DNA of 61,947 nucleotides from Clostridiales bacterium (GCA_022508325.1 JAFLVL010000002.1:1-61947); one strand, 5' to 3'; shown: positions 8,562-19,595, numbered from the stretch's first letter. The notes: generated by a model not told the origin, from the letters alone. A program made the numbers and translations.

Positions 8562-9470
8562 TCAAATCAGTTTTAAACTTGCCAATTGCTTGTATATGTG
8601 TGCGGCTATTTCATCACTGCTCTTATTATCAACAGAGATGTACTCTGTAACGTTCATTTTTTTGAAATAGGTAATTTGGCGTTTGGCGTAATGTCGGGTA
8701 TTTATTTTAATCTGGGCAACAGCTTCCTCTTCCGTGCAACTGCCCGTCAAATAATAAATTATTTCCTTATACCCTATTGCAGAGAATGCTGACGTGTTGA
8801 TAAATCCATATTTTTCTGTAAGTGCACGTACTTCTGCCACAAGCCCTTTTTCAAGCATTTTGTCGACGCGTTTATCGATTTGCTTGTAGAGTTCCTCTCT
8901 TTCACGTTGCAATACAAAGAGCACCAAATTGTATTTCGGATTGATTTTTCTCACCCCATGTGCTAATTTTCCACCACTTTCAGCTATTTCTATTGCTCGA
9001 ATAACGCGCTTGGTATTGTTCAAATCTATCTGATTATAAGTATCAATATCAAGTTTTTTGAGTAGTTCTTGTAACGTTTCTATTCCATTGTTCAGCAAAA
9101 TCTGTTGCAATTCCGTGCGTCTGGCTTCTTCGACGTTGCCGAATTCCGGTGGGTATACAAGGCTGTCGAAATAAAATCCTGTTCCCCCCACTACTATCGG
9201 CAGACATTCCATATTGTCTATGATTGCCGATGCGTCGCGCTGATACAAAAATGATGAGTAGTTACAGTTCGGCTCCACTATATCAAGCATGTGGTGAGGA
9301 ACACCTTGCATTTCCGAACGAGCAATTTTTGCAGTGCCTATATCCATATCTTTATAGATTTGCATGGAATCAGCGGAAACGATTTCGCTTTTGAGCTGTT
9401 TCGCAAGTTTTACCGCTACTTCTGATTTACCGACAGAGGTTGTGCCTGTAATACCGATGATTGTCCGCAT
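8562..9470 (-). CDS. miaA: tRNA dimethylallyltransferase
   Basis: P-loop 'GTTSVGKS' and IPPT family organisation. The ATG shares 1 nt with the mutL TGA stop. Confidence 0.9.
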   Translation of the reverse strand: MRTIIGITGTTSVGKSEVAVKLAKQLKSEIVSADSMQIYKDMDIGTAKIARSEMQGVPHHMLDIVEPNCNYSSFLYQRDASAIIDNMECLPIVVGGTGFYFDSLVYPPEFGNVEEARRTELQQILLNNGIETLQELLKKLDIDTYNQIDLNNTKRVIRAIEIAESGGKLAHGVRKINPKYNLVLFVLQREREELYKQIDKRVDKMLEKGLVAEVRALTEKYGFINTSAFSAIGYKEIIYYLTGSCTEEEAVAQIKINTRHYAKRQITYFKKMNVTEYISVDNKSSDEIAAHIYKQLASLKLI

Positions 9471-11398
9471 CACACAATCCTCTTGAACATTTTCTCAATC
9501 TGCGATTTTGTAAACACCACTGTTATTGGGCGTCCGTGTGGGCACTGCAATATCTTATTTGCATAGATTTCTTTCAAAATGTAGGTTATATCGTATTTAT
9601 TTAGCGTATCTCCTGCTTTTACTGCGGCTTTACAAGCCTTTTTGGCAATGGTTTCCACTATTAGCTTGCGATCATCTAGTTTGAACTCGTCCATACTCGA
9701 CAATAGAAAATCTACAAAGTCTTTCATCCTTGTGTTCACAAGCAATGTTGCAACCGCAGTAATTTGATACGTATTGTGTCCAAACTCTTCAATTTGAATG
9801 CCCGCAGAGTAAATATTTTGCTTATTTTGCTCAATAAACAGCGCCTCTTCCTCTCTCACAGTAAATACGTATGGAACGAGTAACTGTTGCATATCCATTG
9901 ACACGCCCGCCAAAAATTTGTCGAACAGAATACGCTCGTGTGCGGCGTGCTGGTCTACAAGTATAAGTTTGTCTTCAAAATCTAGAATAAGGTAGGTTTT
10001 GAAAGCAACTCCCAAAACTCGTGCGCGATAATACAAATCATCGCCCAAATCGTCTTCATGGCTCACTGGGATTGGTGGCGTGGGTGTTTCCGATTCTTGG
10101 ACGATACTAAGTCTCGCCTGTTCAACAGTTCGTGGAGTTTCGTCAAGTCCCAAAGCTCTTCGCGCGTTAGCTACAGTTACTTCTCTTTGGAATTGTTTAA
10201 TGAATGTATCAAAATCGCGTCGATTCTCTTCTCTCTCGGTTGCTTTTTCTATCGCCAAATTATCTTCTTTCTGATCGGGCGTCATTAGTATTATTTCGCC
10301 GTCTTCTTTCAATTGGTCGATAGCTTCAACAACGTCTTGTTTCGTGCGAATAATTGGTTTGTCGTCACGCGCACCACTTGTACTTGAAAAAATTTGCGCT
10401 GAGCGTTTAGAAGTGTTTTCAAGCAAAGCGTCTTGCACTGCATGATAAAATTTCCCCGCAATATTGCGCGAGCCCTTGAAACGCACGATACTTTTTTTGG
10501 GGTGAATGTTTATGTCAACCTCATCGGGTGGAATTTCAAGGTTTAGCACGTAGAATGGAAATCTGTGCGCCATTAAGTAACCTTTATAGGCCTGGTAAAT
10601 AGCCGCAGAAATCCTGTCGTCGGTCACGCAACGTCCATTTACCGATAGCGTTTGATAATTTCTGTTAGCTTTGGTATATTCCGGAGTGCCGATATAACCG
10701 GTAATTCGCATAGTTTCAGTACAATAATTGATTGGAATGCAGTTGGAGAGGCAATCGCTGCCAAATACTGCGTAAATAGCTGCGTCTAAGCCTTCTCCGG
10801 TCGAGTCATAAATAATACCGTCATCGGCGCGGTACGTAATCGCCACGTTGGGGTTGGTAACGATGAATTTTGATATGAACTTAGTGATTTCCGTCTTTTC
10901 AGCTGCGGGACTTTTCAAAAAGCTCTTGCGCGCGGGAGTATTGTAATAAAGGTCACGAACTTCGATTTTTGTACCAACGTTTGCCGCGACGTAATGCTTG
11001 TCAACAACAACACCGTTTTCCACAGAAACACAGACTCCCGCGTCCATGCCTTTCGTGCGTGTAGTCAGCTTAATTCGAGAAACAGCCGCGATACTTGCCA
11101 AAGCTTCTCCGCGAAAGCCTAGCGATTGAATACACAACAAATCGGACGCCCTTGCTAGCTTGCTGGTTGCGTACCGCGCAAAAGCCAATTCTACGTCCCC
11201 TTCTTCTATTCCGCAGCCGTCGTCAATAACGGTTATTAAATCAATCCCACCGCCTTCAATATCAATCGTGATACGGCGCGCTGCGGCATCCACACTATTC
11301 TCAATTAGTTCTTTGACCGCGCCTATGGGATTATCGACAACTTCGCCTGCGGATATTAAATTGTATACGTCAGATGTTAACGCTTTAATTTTAGCCAT
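9470..11398 (-). CDS. mutL: DNA mismatch repair protein MutL
   Basis: GHKL ATPase N-domain ('ISAGEVV', 'VKELIENSVDA', 'DDGCGI') and a MutL C-terminal dimerisation domain. The ATG at 11398 overlaps the mutS stop by 8 nt. Confidence 0.9.
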   Translation of the reverse strand: MAKIKALTSDVYNLISAGEVVDNPIGAVKELIENSVDAAARRITIDIEGGGIDLITVIDDGCGIEEGDVELAFARYATSKLARASDLLCIQSLGFRGEALASIAAVSRIKLTTRTKGMDAGVCVSVENGVVVDKHYVAANVGTKIEVRDLYYNTPARKSFLKSPAAEKTEITKFISKFIVTNPNVAITYRADDGIIYDSTGEGLDAAIYAVFGSDCLSNCIPINYCTETMRITGYIGTPEYTKANRNYQTLSVNGRCVTDDRISAAIYQAYKGYLMAHRFPFYVLNLEIPPDEVDINIHPKKSIVRFKGSRNIAGKFYHAVQDALLENTSKRSAQIFSSTSGARDDKPIIRTKQDVVEAIDQLKEDGEIILMTPDQKEDNLAIEKATEREENRRDFDTFIKQFQREVTVANARRALGLDETPRTVEQARLSIVQESETPTPPIPVSHEDDLGDDLYYRARVLGVAFKTYLILDFEDKLILVDQHAAHERILFDKFLAGVSMDMQQLLVPYVFTVREEEALFIEQNKQNIYSAGIQIEEFGHNTYQITAVATLLVNTRMKDFVDFLLSSMDEFKLDDRKLIVETIAKKACKAAVKAGDTLNKYDITYILKEIYANKILQCPHGRPITVVFTKSQIEKMFKRIV

Positions 11399-14027
11399 TT
11401 TCTTTAACCTTTTTAACAAGTGAATTTAATATATCAAAAGCTTCTATCGGTGAGATTCTGTTGACGTCTATATCTCGCAAAATGGACGCAACCTCTTGGG
11501 CAGTTTTGGAAACTTGACGAGTGTTCTCGCCTTGTTCCAACTTATCCAGATTGAGACTAACGTCACTATTCTCCAACAGAGTGACAATCTCGCGGGCTCT
11601 TTTACACACTTCGTCGGGAACTCCGGCAAGCGATGCAACTTCGATACCGAAGCTCTTGTTAGTGCCACCGCGAGCAATTTTGTGTAGGAACACTATTGTC
11701 CCATTGAGCTCTTTGACGGTCACTCGATAATTCTTCACACCGTCCACTCTTCCTTCCAAATCGGTCAATTCGTGATAATGGGTCGAGAAAAGTGTCTTAG
11801 CTCCGATCTTTTGCGAAGCGTATTCCATCACTGCCCAGGCAATCGACAGTCCGTCAAAGGTGGACGTGCCACGCCCGATTTCGTCGAGAATTATCAAGCT
11901 GTTCTGTGTGGCGTTGTTGAGAATGTTAGCAACTTCCACCATTTCGACCATAAACGTGCTTTGGTTAAATGCAAGATCGTCGCTTGCGCCAACTCGCGTG
12001 AAAATTTTGTCAACGATAGGAATTTCTGCACTTTTAGCCGGCACGAATGAGCCGATATGCGCCATAAGTGTGATTAACGCAATTTGACGCATGAAAGTGC
12101 TTTTACCTGCCATGTTCGGTCCTGTAATTATCATCGTGCGATTGGCTGCGGTATCGAGCTTAACGTCGTTTGTAATGAAATTGTCACGTTTGATATAACA
12201 TTCCACGATGGGATGTCTGCCATCAATTACCTTTAATTCAGTACTGCTCACGTTGATTTTAGGCTTGCAATAGTCGTTAGTCTGCGCGACAATCGCAAGT
12301 GAGCAGAGACAGTCGAGGGCGGCTATTGAACGAGCCGTTTTCTGCATCGACGGTATATACGGCAAAAGCTTGTTGCGTAAATCGGCAAACAGCGCCTTTT
12401 GTAGCTTCTCCTTTTGCTCGAAAGAGGTCAACATTTTCTCTTCAAGCTCTTTGAGTTCTGGCGTGACAAAGCGTTCGCCGTTGGTCAAGGTCTGTTTCCT
12501 TATGTAATTGTCGGGCGCAAGGTGTAACATAGAATTGGTTATCTCGAAATAATAACCGAACACTTTGTTGTAGCCCAGCTTTAAGTTCTTGATACCGGTG
12601 CGTTCGCGCTCCTGTTCGCCCAATTTCGAAATCTTCGAGCCGCCGTTGCTCGCCATATCGTAGGCCTCGTCCAGAGCGGGATCATACCCCTTTCGTATAT
12701 ACTCGTCAGGCGGTATTTTATTGTCGTGTCTCTCCTGCTCGTCGATTAACGCCTTTTCCAGCAATTCCGCTATTTCGGGTAGCGGTTCTATAGAATCTGC
12801 AACTTCGACTAGAATTTTGCTTTTACAACTACACAATAGTTGCTTCAAGCTAGGCAACATAAACAGCGAGCGTTTCAGCGACAAACAGTCTTTTGGCGTG
12901 ACATTATTGTACGCCACCTTTCCTACGAGACGCTCAATATCGTAGATATCGTGTAGAACTTGTGTAATTTTCGAACGGAGAAGGAAGGCGCGGTACATCT
13001 CGTCTACACCGTCCAAGCGCGCGTTGATTTGCGAGGCTTTCTGCAACGGTCTGTCAATCCAGTCGGCAAGCATTCTTGCGCCCATGCTCGTCTCGGTCTT
13101 ATCTAGTAGCCACAGCAAACTGCCCTTACGCTTTCCCTCACGGAAAGAAACCGTAAGCTCAAGATTTTTGCGCGTTTTGATGTCGATTGACATAAATTTG
13201 TTCTTATCGACGTATCTAATGGGTTGTAAGTGCGGCAAATCGCGCTTTTGCGTCTCTCTCAGATATTGCAAGAGCGCGCCGCAAGCATTTATAGCAAATT
13301 GTTTGCCACGAAGACCAAAGCCCTCAAGAGTATTGACCTTGTAATGAGTTAGTAGTTTTTCGCCAGCAATGCGTTTATCAAAAGCACTCTCGATATACGG
13401 CGCAAATTCCGGAACGTAGCCGGCTTTCACGCAGTCGAGAAGCTGAGAAGTCTGTCTGGCTAATTCATTAGCGATGATTTCCGACGGTTTGTAGCATACC
13501 AAAAACTCTTGTAAATCCTTCAGATATCCTGTTCCGTCACATTCGGTAACGAAAATATCTCCTGTTGACAGGTCGCAAACAGCCACACCCAATTTGTCGT
13601 TAGCGTAAACCGATGCGATAAAATTACTGCGTCTGTCTTCCAAGATAGAGCTGTCCATAACTGTTCCCGGAGTTATCACTCGCACTACGTCACGCTGAAC
13701 GAGTTCTCGGCTCTTCGGGTTTGGCTCGGTAAGTTGTTCGCACACTGCCACTTTCTCGCCAGCTGCCAAAAGCTTGGCAATATAACTGTCTACCGCGTGA
13801 TACGGAACACCGCACATAGGCGCGCGTTCGGCAAGTCCACAATTTCGACCGGTTAACGTCAGGTCTAGGATACGGCTCGCGCGTTCGGCATCTTCAAAAA
13901 ACATTTCGTAGAAATCGCCGAGACGGTACAACAAAATACAGTCCTTGTACTGCTCTTTGGTTTCAAGATAGTTTCTCATCATTTTTGAAAGACCGTCTTC
14001 TTTCTTTTGTGTAGTACTTTCAGTCAT
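11391..14027 (-). CDS. mutS: DNA mismatch repair protein MutS
   Basis: Mismatch-binding N-domain, Walker A 'GPNMAGKST', 'DEIGRGTST'. True start is the ATG at 14027 (GGAGG 4 nt upstream), which overlaps the miaB TAA by 1 nt. The track start at 14120 is an in-frame extension into miaB. Confidence 0.92.
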   Translation of the reverse strand: MTESTTQKKEDGLSKMMRNYLETKEQYKDCILLYRLGDFYEMFFEDAERASRILDLTLTGRNCGLAERAPMCGVPYHAVDSYIAKLLAAGEKVAVCEQLTEPNPKSRELVQRDVVRVITPGTVMDSSILEDRRSNFIASVYANDKLGVAVCDLSTGDIFVTECDGTGYLKDLQEFLVCYKPSEIIANELARQTSQLLDCVKAGYVPEFAPYIESAFDKRIAGEKLLTHYKVNTLEGFGLRGKQFAINACGALLQYLRETQKRDLPHLQPIRYVDKNKFMSIDIKTRKNLELTVSFREGKRKGSLLWLLDKTETSMGARMLADWIDRPLQKASQINARLDGVDEMYRAFLLRSKITQVLHDIYDIERLVGKVAYNNVTPKDCLSLKRSLFMLPSLKQLLCSCKSKILVEVADSIEPLPEIAELLEKALIDEQERHDNKIPPDEYIRKGYDPALDEAYDMASNGGSKISKLGEQERERTGIKNLKLGYNKVFGYYFEITNSMLHLAPDNYIRKQTLTNGERFVTPELKELEEKMLTSFEQKEKLQKALFADLRNKLLPYIPSMQKTARSIAALDCLCSLAIVAQTNDYCKPKINVSSTELKVIDGRHPIVECYIKRDNFITNDVKLDTAANRTMIITGPNMAGKSTFMRQIALITLMAHIGSFVPAKSAEIPIVDKIFTRVGASDDLAFNQSTFMVEMVEVANILNNATQNSLIILDEIGRGTSTFDGLSIAWAVMEYASQKIGAKTLFSTHYHELTDLEGRVDGVKNYRVTVKELNGTIVFLHKIARGGTNKSFGIEVASLAGVPDEVCKRAREIVTLLENSDVSLNLDKLEQGENTRQVSKTAQEVASILRDIDVNRISPIEAFDILNSLVKKVKENG

Positions 14028-15355
14028 TATTCCTCCGTAACAATTCGTCCCCACAGTGTCGCCGAGCTTGCACGCTCGATTTTTACGGTGACGAATTTTC
14101 CAATATACGAATCGTCGCACTTAAAGTTGACAAGTCTGCCGCTTTCCGTTCTGCCACACATTGTATCTTGATACTTGAAGTTAGCGCCCTCGACAAGTAC
14201 CTCGTAGCACTGCCCGACCATCGTCTGACTAATCTCTTTTGTGACTTCATTTTGACAGGCTAGAAGGCGTGTTATTCTGTCTCGCTTAACAGAGTACGGA
14301 ATTTGATTTTCCATAGAGTATGCCGGTGTGCCCTTTCTGCGCGAGTAGACAAAACAAAATGCCGAACTGTATTTCACGCGACGAACTAGGTCGAGAGTAT
14401 CCATAAAATCTTCTTCGGTTTCTCCCGGGAAGCCGACCATAATATCGGTCGTAATTCCGACATGGGGTAGGGATTTACGTATTTTTTTAATCAAATCAAA
14501 GTAATTCTCGCGCGTGTAACGACGGTTCATTTGCTTAAGAACTCTATTACTTCCGCTCTGCACAGGCAGGTGAATATTATCGCAAATATTGGGATACGAA
14601 GCAATAGCGTCAATGACGTCCTGCGACAAATCTTTGGGGTGCGACGTCATGAAACGCAAACGGAATTTTCCTTCGATCTTGCCGATTTCATGAAGTAGCT
14701 GAGCGAAGCTTTCACCACTCTCCAAATCGTGACCGTAAGAGTTTACGTTCTGTCCGAGAAGCGTTATTTCCTTATATCCTTCGCTAAGTAGGTGATTCAC
14801 TTCGGTCAAAATATCTTCCATGGGTCTACTGCGCTCGCGCCCTCTGACGTAAGGCACAATACAATACGTGCAAAAGTTGTTGCAACCGTAGTTGATGTTT
14901 ACCCATGCATTGGGATAGCTGGTACGAGACTGCTTAAAGTCCTCCTCGCGATATTGCAGAAATTCAACACTATAATGTTTCTTTTTCTGTTGCGCCATTT
15001 TTATAGCGTCGGCTAATAAATTCAGGTTTGACGTACCAAGAACTATGTCAATATAGGGGTAGCTGGCTTTGATTTTGTCTGCGACACCCTCCTGTTGGGA
15101 CATACAACCGCACACCACCGCGATGAGTCTGGGATTTTTCTGTTTAAGTTTTTTGATAGCTCCGATATGTCCGTAAATTTTCTGTTCTGCCGTTTCTCTT
15201 ATGCAACAGGTATTAAATACCACGATATCAGCTTTTTCTACGCTGTCGCAAACCGTGTATCCGAGGGACTCTAATATGCCAGCAATTTTTTCCGAATCGT
15301 GGATATTCATTTGACATCCATAAGTGTGAATAAAATAATTCAAGCTTTCCTCCAA
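14027..15355 (-). CDS. miaB: tRNA-i6A37 methylthiotransferase MiaB
   Basis: UPF0004 N-domain cysteines, radical SAM 'CNNFCTYC', and a C-terminal TRAM domain. Confidence 0.9.
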   Translation of the reverse strand: MEESLNYFIHTYGCQMNIHDSEKIAGILESLGYTVCDSVEKADIVVFNTCCIRETAEQKIYGHIGAIKKLKQKNPRLIAVVCGCMSQQEGVADKIKASYPYIDIVLGTSNLNLLADAIKMAQQKKKHYSVEFLQYREEDFKQSRTSYPNAWVNINYGCNNFCTYCIVPYVRGRERSRPMEDILTEVNHLLSEGYKEITLLGQNVNSYGHDLESGESFAQLLHEIGKIEGKFRLRFMTSHPKDLSQDVIDAIASYPNICDNIHLPVQSGSNRVLKQMNRRYTRENYFDLIKKIRKSLPHVGITTDIMVGFPGETEEDFMDTLDLVRRVKYSSAFCFVYSRRKGTPAYSMENQIPYSVKRDRITRLLACQNEVTKEISQTMVGQCYEVLVEGANFKYQDTMCGRTESGRLVNFKCDDSYIGKFVTVKIERASSATLWGRIVTEE

Positions 15356-15465
15356 AATGCCAATTTAATGACATACTTTCACATATAACTACATTTTACT
15401 CTTAATTTCAATATTTTTCAAGAAAAATAAATATAAAAATATAAATAACAAAGAATAATAGTGAT

Positions 15466-17694
15466 ATGAAAAAGAAAAGACGTTTTTTGAAAGTTTTAGG
15501 AATAGTGACTGCAGTGTTGATAATTACAGGCGTTGCGGGCGGCGTAGGGTATGTTTCACACGTAAAACACAGCGAAAATTACGTGCAATTTGACAAAGGG
15601 CGACTTAACGAAGTCTATACTTCTCTGACCTTGTTGGATAAGGACGGGGCGCCGCTTGCCGAGCCACTGTATCTCAACGATTACAAGCAAATTCCGCTTG
15701 ACGCACTGCACGACTATACCTATATGGCGTTCGTGGCTGTCGAGGACAAACGCTTTTTTCAACATAACGGTATCGATTACAAGCGCGTAGGGGGCGCGAT
15801 TCTGCACAACATAAAAAGCGGCGGCTATAAAGAAGGTGCCTCCACTATCAGTCAACAACTTATCAAGAATACGCATTTAGACAATTACAAAACCCTTCGG
15901 CGTAAAGTCAACGAAATGCTTTTGGCAAGCGAGCTGGAAAGAGCGTACAGCAAAAGAGAAATATTGGAAATGTACGTCAACACCATTTACTTCGGACGAA
16001 GCGCCTACGGAATAGAAACCGCGGCAAACGTCTATTTTAACAAGAGCGCGGCAGATTTAACAGTATCAGAAAGCGCAGTGCTTGCCGGCATGATAAAAGC
16101 GCCAAACAATTACGCTCCCGACAAAAATGCAGAAAAATGCAAGGCGCGCAGAGACCGAGTGCTGAAATTGATGCTCGAACAGGGCATAATCGACCAATCG
16201 GCGTATGACGAGGCGATTGCTAGCGAAGTAACGTACACTCCGCAAGCGTCAAGTTCAGCAAAATCATACACCTATCACGTAATGCAAGAAGCGTGCAAAA
16301 TTCTCAATATGACACCGCTGCAGCTGGCAAAATCGGATTTCGTGATTGAAACCTACTGCAACCAACAAACGCAAAAGGAATTGACAAAGCTTGTCAATAG
16401 CGACGCTACCGCCACAAAAAACGGGGCTCTATCGCAGTTGGCGTGCGTTGTATGCGACAATAAAGGCGGAGTGGAAGCTTGCTATATGCGTGGCGAGGGG
16501 GCAGACGCTAAGCGTCAAGTCGGCAGCGCAATAAAGCCTATTGCAGTATATGCTCCTGCGCTCAACGAACGAATTATCACGCAGGCGTCGCCCGTACTGG
16601 ACGAGGAAACCGACTTCAACGGATATAAGCCGACTAACGCAGGAGGCTACAACGGATGGACGACAATCAAGTACGCCGTTGCAAAGAGCCTGAACGTGCC
16701 GGCAGTCAAAACGCTCAACGCGCTGGGGCTTCCGACGGCAGAAAAGTATCTGTCGAAGTTCGGAATCGATGGCGAGCAAAATTTATCTCTCGCACTAGGC
16801 AATGCAAACGGCGGCATGGATATATTTACGCTAGCCAAGTGCTACGCCACGCTTGCCAACGACGGCTGCGTAAACGACGTCGCGTTTATAAAAAATATTT
16901 ACAGCGAAAAGGGGCTGATTTACAGCAGAGAACAGGACAATGAAAGAGTTTTCAACACAGCAGCAAACTATCTGATGACGGATTTGTTGATAAACACTGT
17001 TGAAACAGGCACGGCAAAACTACTCAAAAACAACAAATTTCAAGTGGCGGCAAAGACGGGTACAGTCGGCAATTCGGAAGGCAATTCCGACGCTTTAGTA
17101 GCTGGCTACACTACTGAAAATACCTTCGTAGTTTGGTATAGCGGAGAAATGAACAATACTATAAACGGCGGCACAGAACCGTGCAAATTTGCCGCTAACC
17201 TATTAAACAAAATGTATACAGACAGTAAGCCCAAAAAGTTTGCTACGCCTAACTCGGTTATTCAACTTGACGTAGATAAGGACAGCTTGGATGAACAGCA
17301 GTTGGTTATAAAATGCGACATGGGGTTAAGATTTTGGTTTGATAAGGCAAATCAGCCCAAAGACGTTTTGAAAAAAATTGTGTATAACTACGCATTGGAA
17401 ATTGACTTGAAAGACAATACTGTTTTTGTCAAATTGCCCGAAGTAGAGAATGGCAAATGGCGACTCTACTCACAAGCCAAAAATGAACGCTCTAGTAATA
17501 TAGTTATAGAAAACGGGTTGTATATCGGCGAAATACAAGAAGATACGGAGTTTTACGCCGAGCTATACGTGAACAATAAGCTCGTCTACACTACTCCGCG
17601 CTCTAAGGTCTGCCCGACTGACTCAGCAAAGGAGCGAGAAGAAAAGAAAAATACCAACTTCCCATCACTCACCGACTTTTGGTACTGGCGCTAG
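15466..17694 (+). CDS. class A penicillin-binding protein (glycosyltransferase plus transpeptidase)
   Basis: N-terminal membrane anchor, GT51 motifs 'EDKRFFQHNGID' and 'GASTISQQL', and transpeptidase 'SAIKP' and 'KTGT'. Confidence 0.85.
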   Translation: MKKKRRFLKVLGIVTAVLIITGVAGGVGYVSHVKHSENYVQFDKGRLNEVYTSLTLLDKDGAPLAEPLYLNDYKQIPLDALHDYTYMAFVAVEDKRFFQHNGIDYKRVGGAILHNIKSGGYKEGASTISQQLIKNTHLDNYKTLRRKVNEMLLASELERAYSKREILEMYVNTIYFGRSAYGIETAANVYFNKSAADLTVSESAVLAGMIKAPNNYAPDKNAEKCKARRDRVLKLMLEQGIIDQSAYDEAIASEVTYTPQASSSAKSYTYHVMQEACKILNMTPLQLAKSDFVIETYCNQQTQKELTKLVNSDATATKNGALSQLACVVCDNKGGVEACYMRGEGADAKRQVGSAIKPIAVYAPALNERIITQASPVLDEETDFNGYKPTNAGGYNGWTTIKYAVAKSLNVPAVKTLNALGLPTAEKYLSKFGIDGEQNLSLALGNANGGMDIFTLAKCYATLANDGCVNDVAFIKNIYSEKGLIYSREQDNERVFNTAANYLMTDLLINTVETGTAKLLKNNKFQVAAKTGTVGNSEGNSDALVAGYTTENTFVVWYSGEMNNTINGGTEPCKFAANLLNKMYTDSKPKKFATPNSVIQLDVDKDSLDEQQLVIKCDMGLRFWFDKANQPKDVLKKIVYNYALEIDLKDNTVFVKLPEVENGKWRLYSQAKNERSSNIVIENGLYIGEIQEDTEFYAELYVNNKLVYTTPRSKVCPTDSAKEREEKKNTNFPSLTDFWYWR

Positions 17695-17733
17695 TAAATT
17701 TTTCAACTATACTTTGACTACATTACAAAAATA

Positions 17734-17765
17734 TTAGGCAGGATAACCTCCTGCCTAATTTCTTT
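17734..17765. terminator. bidirectional terminator between the PBP gene and the flavodoxin-like gene
   Basis: Stem TTAGGCAGGA / TCCTGCCTAA, loop TAACC, followed by TTTCTTTC. Confidence 0.65.
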
Positions 17766-17817
17766 CTATTATATTTAATACTCAAGCTATTTTTGGACGA
17801 TTTCGTTGCGCTACGAG

Positions 17818-18354
17818 TTATTTAGTTATGAAATGTTTCAAATCGGCAACTGCTTGCTCGGACGTCAAAATGTCGCCATTGATGCTCTCTTTCCCATATT
17901 TTTTAGCAGATAAAGACAAAATTCCCGGCATTTCTTCAGTGTGATAACTAAAAGCTGTTTGGAAATTTTCGATATTGCCGTTACTAATCACTATAAATTT
18001 TTTTGGTGTTTTCAAGTATCTTGTCAACAGTTGCTCGTTGTTTTGAAAATAGCAGAGACTTCTCTCGTTAAAAACAAAAAAGTTTGAGCATGGAAAATCG
18101 CAGTAATTTGGCACAATGAAATATGTAAGAGTACTATTCGTTATTGCGTCCAATATCTCGCACTCTTTGTCGTTGAAATATGGGCAATTGCTACCGCCGT
18201 TAAAGCATTGATATTCGCAGTCGACGCAAGCATTGATACTAAAATCTGCAAAATTGTAAATCTTAGCGTCTGGCAATTGAGATTTGATAAACCCGCTTAT
18301 TTGTGAAGAATTGCCACCTTTGCGAGAACTAAAAGAAACTATGCATACGCTCAT
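17818..18354 (-). CDS. flavodoxin-like fold protein (NAD(P)H-dependent FMN reductase / iron-sulfur flavoprotein type)
   Basis: N-terminal 'IVSFSSRKGGNS' FMN-binding-like loop plus a Cys-rich 'CVDCEYQCFNGGSNCPY'. The ATG at 18354 has an AGGAG Shine-Dalgarno; the track start at 18372 is GTG. Confidence 0.5.
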   Translation of the reverse strand: MSVCIVSFSSRKGGNSSQISGFIKSQLPDAKIYNFADFSINACVDCEYQCFNGGSNCPYFNDKECEILDAITNSTLTYFIVPNYCDFPCSNFFVFNERSLCYFQNNEQLLTRYLKTPKKFIVISNGNIENFQTAFSYHTEEMPGILSLSAKKYGKESINGDILTSEQAVADLKHFITK

Positions 18355-18440
18355 AAAGAAGCTCCTAAGCACTGAGCTGGAAGAAAATAATCCTAGTTTG
18401 TATCAGTGTTTTATTTTGAAGGCAATGCGCAATACCCTAC

Positions 18441-19592
18441 TTATTCTATAACCACCGTTTCAATGCTATTTAGCGCATTGTTGACAAGTGTTTCGACGTC
18501 GAGTGCGCTCTCTACCTTTTCTACAGCCGAAAGGCGAGGTTTTGTGACAGGGCGCTTGGGCAGAAATATCGTACAGCAGTCCTCATAAGGCAAAATTGAC
18601 GTCTCAAATGCACCGATTTTTTGCGAAATTTCAATAATTTCATCTTTATCGAAGCCGATAAGCGGTCTAAACACCGGGATTGTCGCAACAGAATTGGTAC
18701 TTGTTATACTTTCCAGTGTCTGACTCGCAACCTGCCCCAGGCTTTCACCTGTAATTACCGCGCCTGCGCTGTTCATTCGAGCAATCCGCTCGGCAATTCG
18801 CATCATAAAGCGGCGCATAATAGTTATCATGTACTCCTCAGGGCACTTTTCGTGTATTGCCGTTTGAATTTCAGTAAAACTCACAACATCTACTGTCATT
18901 CGTAAGGTGTATTTTTTGACTATTTTGGCAAGATCAAGAACTTTTTGTTTCGCCTGCATACTCGTATACGGAAAGCTGTGGAAATGCACCGCTCTGAGAG
19001 ACATTCCGCGCTTTGCCATCATATACGCCGCAACAGGACTGTCAATTCCGCCCGACAACATAACTATACCCTTGCCACCTGTACCCACCGGCATACCGTT
19101 GACAGCTTTTATGACTTGGCTAAATACAAATGTCTTGCCGTTCTCTCGAATATCGATGCTGACGGTGTGTTGCGGGTTCAACAAATCTACTTTCAATGCG
19201 GGATTGTGGTCTAAAATTACGCCGCCAACTTCAGCCGAAATTTTCATTGACGGCATGGGAAAACGTTTATCCGCGCGGTTGGTATTTACTTTAAATGTGC
19301 CAGAGCTAGGCGCAAAAAGCAACGCAGTTTGGCAAATTTGCTCTAAATCCGAATCAACTTCTTCCGCAATGCTGAGAGAATGTACGCCGAACACGTTCTT
19401 GACGGCGTCTACTATTTCGTCGAGGTACATTTCGTCAAAACTGCGGATTACGTAACGTGCATTGCTACGCGCAAATTCATATTTGTATTCAGCGAGAACT
19501 TTCCTAATATTGGCAACCAGTACACTCTCGAAAAAGTCTCTGTTATTGCCCTTTAAATGTATCTCGCCATATCTAATAATGATTACTTTCAT
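18441..19592 (-). CDS. thiI: tRNA 4-thiouridine synthase ThiI
   Basis: THUMP-type N-domain and the PP-loop 'SGGIDSPVA'. Confidence 0.85.
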   Translation of the reverse strand: MKVIIIRYGEIHLKGNNRDFFESVLVANIRKVLAEYKYEFARSNARYVIRSFDEMYLDEIVDAVKNVFGVHSLSIAEEVDSDLEQICQTALLFAPSSGTFKVNTNRADKRFPMPSMKISAEVGGVILDHNPALKVDLLNPQHTVSIDIRENGKTFVFSQVIKAVNGMPVGTGGKGIVMLSGGIDSPVAAYMMAKRGMSLRAVHFHSFPYTSMQAKQKVLDLAKIVKKYTLRMTVDVVSFTEIQTAIHEKCPEEYMITIMRRFMMRIAERIARMNSAGAVITGESLGQVASQTLESITSTNSVATIPVFRPLIGFDKDEIIEISQKIGAFETSILPYEDCCTIFLPKRPVTKPRLSAVEKVESALDVETLVNNALNSIETVVIE

Positions 19593-19595
19593 ATT

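Noticed and set aside
11468-13344. Multiple 60-106-aa ORFs lie on the plus strand or in alternative minus-strand frames inside mutS. Similar ORFs occur inside most long genes, for example 1529-2315, 5024-5664, 18621-19713, 21138-22256, 27197-27954, 55022-55496 and 58957-59736.
   Set aside because: These are shadow ORFs nested in well-supported long genes. Their low-complexity Ser/Leu/Arg-rich translations have no start signals.
11391-14120. The ORF-track N-terminal extensions were examined: mutS to 14120, and similarly 2525, 6600, 8542, 18372, 37566, 38179, 42109, 52052 and 54349.
   Set aside because: Most of these extensions begin at TTG/GTG codons, and 14120 and 37566 are upstream in-frame starts. 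They run into the upstream gene or lack a Shine-Dalgarno, while internal ATG codons with GGAGG-like sites match the family N-termini.
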